Shown: positions 56,526 to 61,390 of the stretch, in pieces
Layout: each line of letters starts with the position of its first letter
Position numbering within the stretch: position 1 is the stretch's first letter
Virus record (IMG/VR): IMGVR_UViG_3300028608_000016
Span: 1 to 61,390 of that record
Direction: 5' to 3' (one strand)
Length of the DNA: 61,390 nucleotides
Source of the DNA: a virus
Taxonomy: Duplodnaviria; Caudoviricetes
Made by a program: the position numbers and the translations under genes
Notes under the pieces: generated by a model
What the model saw: only the letters and a program-made list of their open reading frames with translations
What the model was told of the DNA's origin: nothing
Databases searched by the model: none

Positions 56526-57153
56526 CAGTTTTCAATCCAAGACATTGTTTGACGTGATGCCACGTTTGATCCATCACCACCGACAGCGGTTGAGTAGCGT
56601 CAATGACAACGGTGTTGGGGTCTTCGTTTGCCATACTTAGGAAATTATCGCGGACTTTGCGGAAATACTCGATACCGCGCTTTTCGATTTTGTCCATCTT
56701 GCCAGCGCCACGACTTTTCAGCATGCGCTCTAGGCCAACTTCCGCAGGCACGTCAAACATCAACGTCAAATCGGGTTGCTGCAAATACGGTTTGCACGCG
56801 TTGTGAATATCGCGGGTTTCCGGACAGAACACAGACTGGTACGCCAGACTGGAATCGTAATAACGATCCGTCAAAACGTGAACACCGCGTTCGAGGTACG
56901 GTTTAATCAGCGATTTGGTGTGCTCGGTGCGGGCTGCGTAAAACAGCAGTGCTTCGGTCACGGTTGGGAATTCGAATTGTTCCGAAAGCAAATAACGCTC
57001 GCGAATGTCTTCCGCAAATGCAGTACCGCCCGGCTCGCGGGTGATTGCATATTCCAGACCAAGAATGGTGTTCAACCGCATATCGACGTGATTGCGGTTT
57101 GTGGTTTTACCACTGGCGTCCATGCCAGAGAATACAATGAACTTGCCTTTCAT
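56515..57153 (-). CDS. tmk: Thymidylate kinase
   Basis: Start MKGKFIVFSGMDASGKTT at 57153 (ATGA overlap); TREPGGT, EALLFYAAR, DRYYDSSLAYQ and PDLT motifs. Confidence 0.95.
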   Translation of the reverse strand: MKGKFIVFSGMDASGKTTNRNHVDMRLNTILGLEYAITREPGGTAFAEDIRERYLLSEQFEFPTVTEALLFYAARTEHTKSLIKPYLERGVHVLTDRYYDSSLAYQSVFCPETRDIHNACKPYLQQPDLTLMFDVPAEVGLERMLKSRGAGKMDKIEKRGIEYFRKVRDNFLSMANEDPNTVVIDATQPLSVVMDQTWHHVKQCLGLKTDED

Positions 57154-57620
57154 ACTCGAACCCTTCTTGATCGTTTTACGTTCCGGCGACAATCACCAGT
57201 CCGCCAAGCCATTTTAACCAGCATGCCGTATTGAACGTCGGCTGGCACTTCACGCCATTTTGCTTTTTGCAAACAGCGGATTTTTCCATCGTGCAGGTAC
57301 AGAATCCCTGCCCCTTCTGCTTTCAGTTCCGCACGAATCTCTTTAAAGCAGCGGCTCTGAATAACGGATGGAGCAAAGATGAAATAAAACTGATTGACGT
57401 AGGGGAGATAGTTTCTCCACTTCGCGTCGGCCCGGAAATCAGCGAGACAGCTTTTGATTTCTAGGCCCACAAAGTTGCTTTTGAAATTCATGCACACAGC
57501 GTCGAGGCGGCGTTTGCCCCAACGCTCGATTCCGAATTCCGGGTGTACACTGTACGTTTTCTTTGCCCAGTAGAAAGTTGCGGCAGTTAGCAGGGCGGCG
57601 GTGATTTCGCGTCTGTTCAT
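57150..57620 (-). CDS. MmcB-family PD-(D/E)xK DNA-repair endonuclease
   Basis: RRLD......GLEIKSCLADFRAD.KW.NYL.Y...FYF motif. Confidence 0.85.
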   Translation of the reverse strand: MNRREITAALLTAATFYWAKKTYSVHPEFGIERWGKRRLDAVCMNFKSNFVGLEIKSCLADFRADAKWRNYLPYVNQFYFIFAPSVIQSRCFKEIRAELKAEGAGILYLHDGKIRCLQKAKWREVPADVQYGMLVKMAWRTGDCRRNVKRSRRVRV

Positions 57621-58921
57621 CGGGTCAGCTTCAACATCTTGTATTCGTCTGCCATGACATTGTTTGGGTCATGGTCCGCAAGCATTTTCAGGATCGACTT
57701 TTTGTAAGTCTCCGAATCGACCCGCCCGGCGTAAGCGTCAACGATATCCTGCAACTTGTTGTTTAGGTCCGGCAACGTGATTGAGTTTCGCGCTACACGA
57801 CCGATCACCGATTTCAAATCGGCTTCAATCAACTTGTTGAGTTGACGCAGCGGGAATTCCGACCACTTGGCTCGCAGGAAAGTATCCGAGGCACCATATT
57901 TGCGCATTACGTTTTGGAAACGGGAGAAGCCCAGAGCGTAGGTGTCCGGCATTGCTTTGTAGTTTGGAATGTCTACGCCGCCACCGGAAAGTTTGATTTG
58001 CTTTTGCTTCATGCCGGAGAACATGGAGCGTTCGCCTTGCGGTTGGCTAAACCACTTCTGCAACTGCGCTGGTTTGAATTTGCCGGAAGACGGCCACGCG
58101 GTGTATTGCGCAACACGCAAATCGTTTGTTTTCAGCAGGTAGATTTCCGAACTGCCATCACTCGGATGCGCCAGCGAGAATTGATCGACGAAGGAATCAA
58201 ACTGTTCGATCATGCTGGTACGCGCCCAGTAAACCTGAATACCGTAAGTGCGGTTGGCAGGTTCAACGATCATAGCAAACAAAGTTTCCGATGCGTGCTT
58301 GTCGTAGGTTTCACCTTTCGCCACAATGTCGATATTGAAACCGAGCGCGTTGATACGGTGCATTTCCGCTTGGAAGTTTGGACCGTGCGAATCCAGCGTG
58401 ATGGTGTTGTCCCTGAGCTTGATCCCTTTCGCATACAGGAACAGGTGAATCATTTCGTGAACAACGGTGTCAGTAAACAGCCGAATGTCGGCCATCGACT
58501 TTTCGTTGATCTTCATGGTGTAAACGGGTTTGCCTTTGTGCCATTCCAGAACGGCAAGGCCGAGAATGCCGTTGTCACGCGTTTTCTCAAACGTGACTTT
58601 CGGGCAACCGCCGTTAAACAGCAGCTTGTTATAGTAGTCGTAAAACTTGGGAATGATTTCAAACTTCGGCGCGTAGTCCAGATACGGAGGCATCGCCGGG
58701 TTTGGTGTCACGTCCAAAGATTCTTCCGATTCCTTGAGCAGTGCCCGCGCTTCTTTCGGCGTGACCACAAACGGAATCGAAGTGTCGGCGGCGAAAAACA
58801 CTTGGTAATTCTTGCCGTATTTGTTGAGGATGAATTCGTCACCCACAACCAGATCGAGTGCATAGTCGGGGTTGGCGTCTTCGAAGGAAATGCCATCCCC
58901 TGTGTACTTATACCGCGCCAT
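57617..58921 (-). CDS. SprT-like Zn metalloprotease with N- and C-terminal extra domains
   Basis: Likely start MARYKYTG at 58921; YN..LF.G, TVVHEMIH and HGPNF..EM.RIN motifs. Confidence 0.85.
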   Translation of the reverse strand: MARYKYTGDGISFEDANPDYALDLVVGDEFILNKYGKNYQVFFAADTSIPFVVTPKEARALLKESEESLDVTPNPAMPPYLDYAPKFEIIPKFYDYYNKLLFNGGCPKVTFEKTRDNGILGLAVLEWHKGKPVYTMKINEKSMADIRLFTDTVVHEMIHLFLYAKGIKLRDNTITLDSHGPNFQAEMHRINALGFNIDIVAKGETYDKHASETLFAMIVEPANRTYGIQVYWARTSMIEQFDSFVDQFSLAHPSDGSSEIYLLKTNDLRVAQYTAWPSSGKFKPAQLQKWFSQPQGERSMFSGMKQKQIKLSGGGVDIPNYKAMPDTYALGFSRFQNVMRKYGASDTFLRAKWSEFPLRQLNKLIEADLKSVIGRVARNSITLPDLNNKLQDIVDAYAGRVDSETYKKSILKMLADHDPNNVMADEYKMLKLTR

Positions 58922-59348
58922 GGAAATTCCCCTTGATGTAAACGACCTTTTTCGCGAATGCAATTTGCGAATTGATGTAATCGGACTCACTCACCAGATC
59001 GGGATTCAAACCCAGCGCCGTGATATCCGAAATGTACAGGCTGTAGTCCGCAGTGTACGGAATGCCGGTTTCGATTTTTGCCAACCACACGAAAGGCCGC
59101 AGGCTAGTCGGGAGCAAAATCTCTGCCCCTTCGATTTCCGTTTCGTGAACCAAAAGAATGAAACGGTGACTCAACGCCGGTTCGACACGGCGCATATTTT
59201 GAAACCAAATAACGTCTTCTTCGAGGATTCGAATCAGGTTTGAAAGCACAGAAACCGCGCCTCCCACTGTGGAAATCACCTTTGGCTTAGGCAACTCATA
59301 GCGGAATGGCGCGGTTAGGTCAGCTTCTGTTGCGATCTTCATTCGCAT
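58908..59348 (-). CDS. Hypothetical protein
   Basis: 146 aa ORF overlapping both neighbours. Confidence 0.7.
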   Translation of the reverse strand: MRMKIATEADLTAPFRYELPKPKVISTVGGAVSVLSNLIRILEEDVIWFQNMRRVEPALSHRFILLVHETEIEGAEILLPTSLRPFVWLAKIETGIPYTADYSLYISDITALGLNPDLVSESDYINSQIAFAKKVVYIKGNFHGAV

Positions 59349-59835
59349 TTTTCTTTTCTTCCCATTCTATCCACTCCTTTGCAGTCCGTGCTGCGTCAGG
59401 ATGGTGAACGCCGCGTATGCGCAGCAATTCAATGTAAGGAAGGCCGTTGTAATCGGCTTTGAATTGGATCACGTTCTCGATATTGATTGGGTCGTCGTCA
59501 ATCGCGTAGTAGTTGTCATAGATACATTGGTGCTTCACCAACCATTCACGAATTTCGCGTTCACGATTGCGTTTACCCCCGCCGTAGTTTTGGCCGGTAC
59601 ACCAGTGTTCATGAAATTGGAAACCTTGCAACGCGTATTCCCTTTCGAGAAATCCTTTGGCGTCCAGTGCGTCGTCGCACAGAATGCGAACAGTGGAAGA
59701 AAGGACAACGCGCACGTCTTCGTGAGCAAGGAATTCGTTTACTGTGACGACAGTTGCCGGATCGTATTTGAAGCCTGCCAGTGCAGACCGCATGTTTTGG
59801 ATCGGGCCGTCAATATCGAGAAACACAATCTTCAT
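59320..59835 (-). CDS. HAD-superfamily phosphatase (Swiss-army-knife RNA-repair type)
   Basis: IVFLDIDG, VVLSST.R, R..EI..WL and YAIDDD motifs. Confidence 0.85.
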   Translation of the reverse strand: MKIVFLDIDGPIQNMRSALAGFKYDPATVVTVNEFLAHEDVRVVLSSTVRILCDDALDAKGFLEREYALQGFQFHEHWCTGQNYGGGKRNREREIREWLVKHQCIYDNYYAIDDDPINIENVIQFKADYNGLPYIELLRIRGVHHPDAARTAKEWIEWEEKKNANEDRNRS

Positions 59836-60632
59836 TTATTCAGCAACTCTCGCAGTTGTGCTTGGAGTTCGCGGATAGTTTGCTCGCGTTCGTTTTCGCG
59901 TGCAACCAATTCGTTGATGTTTTGAATAAACAACCCGGCCAGTGCGGTGTACAGCACGGCGAGTTTTCCGTCATTGCCTTTGGTGACAAGTTGAGGCAAT
60001 ACCTTTTGCAATTCTTGCGCGATAACGCCCATCGAGGCTAGGCCGCTCGAACGCCATTCGAAAAACACTCCACGCAATTGCGCAGTGATATCGAGGCTGT
60101 TTTCAATCGTGCGGACTTTCTTTTTCAATCGTTTGTCCGACGCCAGCGCTACTTCGGTTTTCGCGATGATTTGCCCGGTGTCGATATCAAACTGAATTGT
60201 GTCTTCGGTCCCGTTGTTGAACATGAGTTTATTCGACGGACTGACCGCCGTGTATTTCACGTTTTCGGAATCGACTGTAATCTTTGCTTTGCCGTTAAAG
60301 CCGATGGAGCCGGTACTGGTGATTTTCAATTCGCCAGTCATATCGCCGCCATCTGTGGGAACGTAACCGTCACCACCTCCGCCGCCACCGCCTTTCTTTT
60401 CGGCAATCCATGCAGTGTTTGCCAAACTGTTTGAAGGCAATGTCCAATCCGAAATGTCTTCGCCGTCAACAATGCGAACGATCATACCGGCACGACGACC
60501 ACCAATAGGAATTGCGTTTCGCTCGGTGATGGACGAAACACAACGAAACCCGCCTTTCAGTTCTTGGTCATCGACAGTATACGCTACAGATGCGCTTGCC
60601 TTTTTGAGAGGACTGCCGACCGTAATTGCCAT
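59832..60632 (-). CDS. Tail-fibre-like protein with a C-terminal intramolecular chaperone (peptidase S74)
   Basis: GGDMTGEL, SDKRLKK, GVIAQEL....P.LV and a C-terminal coiled coil; N-terminal ERNAIP...R.AGM.V motif. Confidence 0.88.
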   Translation of the reverse strand: MAITVGSPLKKASASVAYTVDDQELKGGFRCVSSITERNAIPIGGRRAGMIVRIVDGEDISDWTLPSNSLANTAWIAEKKGGGGGGGDGYVPTDGGDMTGELKITSTGSIGFNGKAKITVDSENVKYTAVSPSNKLMFNNGTEDTIQFDIDTGQIIAKTEVALASDKRLKKKVRTIENSLDITAQLRGVFFEWRSSGLASMGVIAQELQKVLPQLVTKGNDGKLAVLYTALAGLFIQNINELVARENEREQTIRELQAQLRELLNK

Positions 60633-60946
60633 TAAAGTTCTCCTACCGAAAAGATTAGCAGGTAGCCGGATTGCGGTTCGAGAAATTCAAATTCGATGAT
60701 TTCCTCGTCCGGTGGCTGGCGCTGTTTATTCGGTGTGACTAAGTTGCCGTCTGTGTCGTAAACTTGCACGACACTGTTTTGGGCAAGGCGTGGAACCGTA
60801 AACGTTACTTCGTTTTCGAATTCGACGCGTTGCATTTTTGCGTATTCCTTCAAATCCTCGACTCGCACAGCGTGCTTTGGATCAGAAGGTTTACTTTCAA
60901 TCGTAACTCCTTTTCCAAGCACGACAGGCTCGTACAGTCTTGTCAT
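60632..60946 (-). CDS. Small virion protein
   Basis: P.DPKHAV motif plus a VVQVYD.DG domain related to the C-termini of 4298..5362 and 7711..8382. Confidence 0.65.
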   Translation of the reverse strand: MTRLYEPVVLGKGVTIESKPSDPKHAVRVEDLKEYAKMQRVEFENEVTFTVPRLAQNSVVQVYDTDGNLVTPNKQRQPPDEEIIEFEFLEPQSGYLLIFSVGEL

Positions 60947-61005
60947 GGCGTTTTACTCAACTGGGTTAGGAATGGCGTATAAAAGTAAATTACTGCCGAA
61001 AACGG

Positions 61006-61027
61006 AAAAGCCCAGCAATGCCGGGCT
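61006..61027 (-). terminator. Probable Rho-independent terminator
   Basis: Minus strand AGCCCGGC-ATT-GCTGGGCT-TTT at the end of the 61026..61208 ORF. Confidence 0.6.
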
Positions 61028-61208
61028 ACCGAAGATACGTCGATGGTTCCTCGCTGAGATAGCGAGCGGTCTGATATTGCATTTGTTTGGAATGCAGAAT
61101 GTGCGGCCTTCCGCGTTTAATCATTTGAATTGCGTTTGGGTCAGAACGCTTTACGCCGACCAGCAATTCACCGGAAAGAAAAAGACGGGTATTCGGCATT
61201 GAGGCCAT
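61026..61208 (-). CDS. Small hypothetical protein
   Basis: 60 aa; TGATG coupling to the spike gene stop; followed by a hairpin. Confidence 0.5.
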   Translation of the reverse strand: MASMPNTRLFLSGELLVGVKRSDPNAIQMIKRGRPHILHSKQMQYQTARYLSEEPSTYLR

Positions 61209-61390
61209 CAGTTTGTCTCCGAACGGGTTGCTTTGATAATGTGCTCACCACCGCAAGTTTCGGTACGGGTGCGGCCGACCTGCACGTCGTCGTTTCCACC
61301 GACAATCACTTTTCGATTGCCGCCAATTTTCATTGTGTAATCGCCGGTGATTTCTTGGTGCATGTTGCCGCCACCTTTCCCGAGCAAGCC
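61208..61390 (-). CDS. C-terminus of a baseplate central spike (T4 gp5 / VgrG-like beta-helix), 5'-truncated
   Basis: Read by hand: GNMHQEITGDYTMKIGGNRKVIVGGNDDVQVGRTRTETCGGEHIIKA...*, i.e. 8-residue V/I-x-G repeats. Confidence 0.8.
   Translation of the reverse strand, partial: GLLGKGGGNMHQEITGDYTMKIGGNRKVIVGGNDDVQVGRTRTETCGGEHIIKATRSETN

Larger units (their letters stand above)
1..61390. other. Segment of a large lytic contractile-tailed (jumbo myovirus-like) phage genome
   Basis: Baseplate wedge, gp25-like, PAAR and spike genes, many fibre genes, a lysis cassette, phage-type thyA/tmk/Topo IB, tight overlapping gene packing and no host housekeeping operons or integrase. Confidence 0.93.

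Noticed and set aside
1-61390. Alternative genetic code or stop-codon readthrough
   Set aside because: Standard code 11 gives near-complete coding density with intact genes, and all three stop codons are used as terminators.

Overview
This window is a densely coded, almost entirely minus-strand segment of a large contractile-tailed (jumbo myovirus-type) phage genome. Gene content and order recall Pseudomonas Lu11/PaBG- and Erwinia Y3-type jumbo phages, but that is an impression, not a database result. In transcription order (right to left) it contains: (1) the C-terminus of a gp5/VgrG-like spike and a tail-fibre protein with an S74 chaperone domain; (2) an enzyme block (HAD phosphatase, SprT-like protease, MmcB-like nuclease, dTMP kinase, type IB topoisomerase, an ADP-ribosyltransferase-like protein, very basic small proteins); (3) an inverted plus-strand island (thyA and small ORFs); (4) a baseplate module (PAAR, gp25-like, gp6-like, Ig-repeat wedge); (5) about 35 kb of fibre/adhesin genes (four collagen paralogues, Cys-rich repeat proteins, PA14, Calx-beta, LamG and CLec-like domains, tandem paralogue sets); (6) an unexplained four-gene membrane module; (7) a lysis cassette (spanin-like genes, holin, M15A endolysin). 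The most notable observations are: a shared N-terminal [I/L/V/T]-[S/A]-L-[A/S] tag on seven unrelated proteins, including Topo IB and the ART-like protein, which is a candidate capsid-targeting or maturation signal; a periplasmic-binding-protein-like membrane module; four collagens that all carry Cys in the 10th Gly-X-Y triplet; and Calx-beta domains carrying different domains inserted in the same loop. I saw no rRNA, tRNA, CRISPR array, integrase, transposase or reverse transcriptase. All family assignments come from motif recognition by eye.
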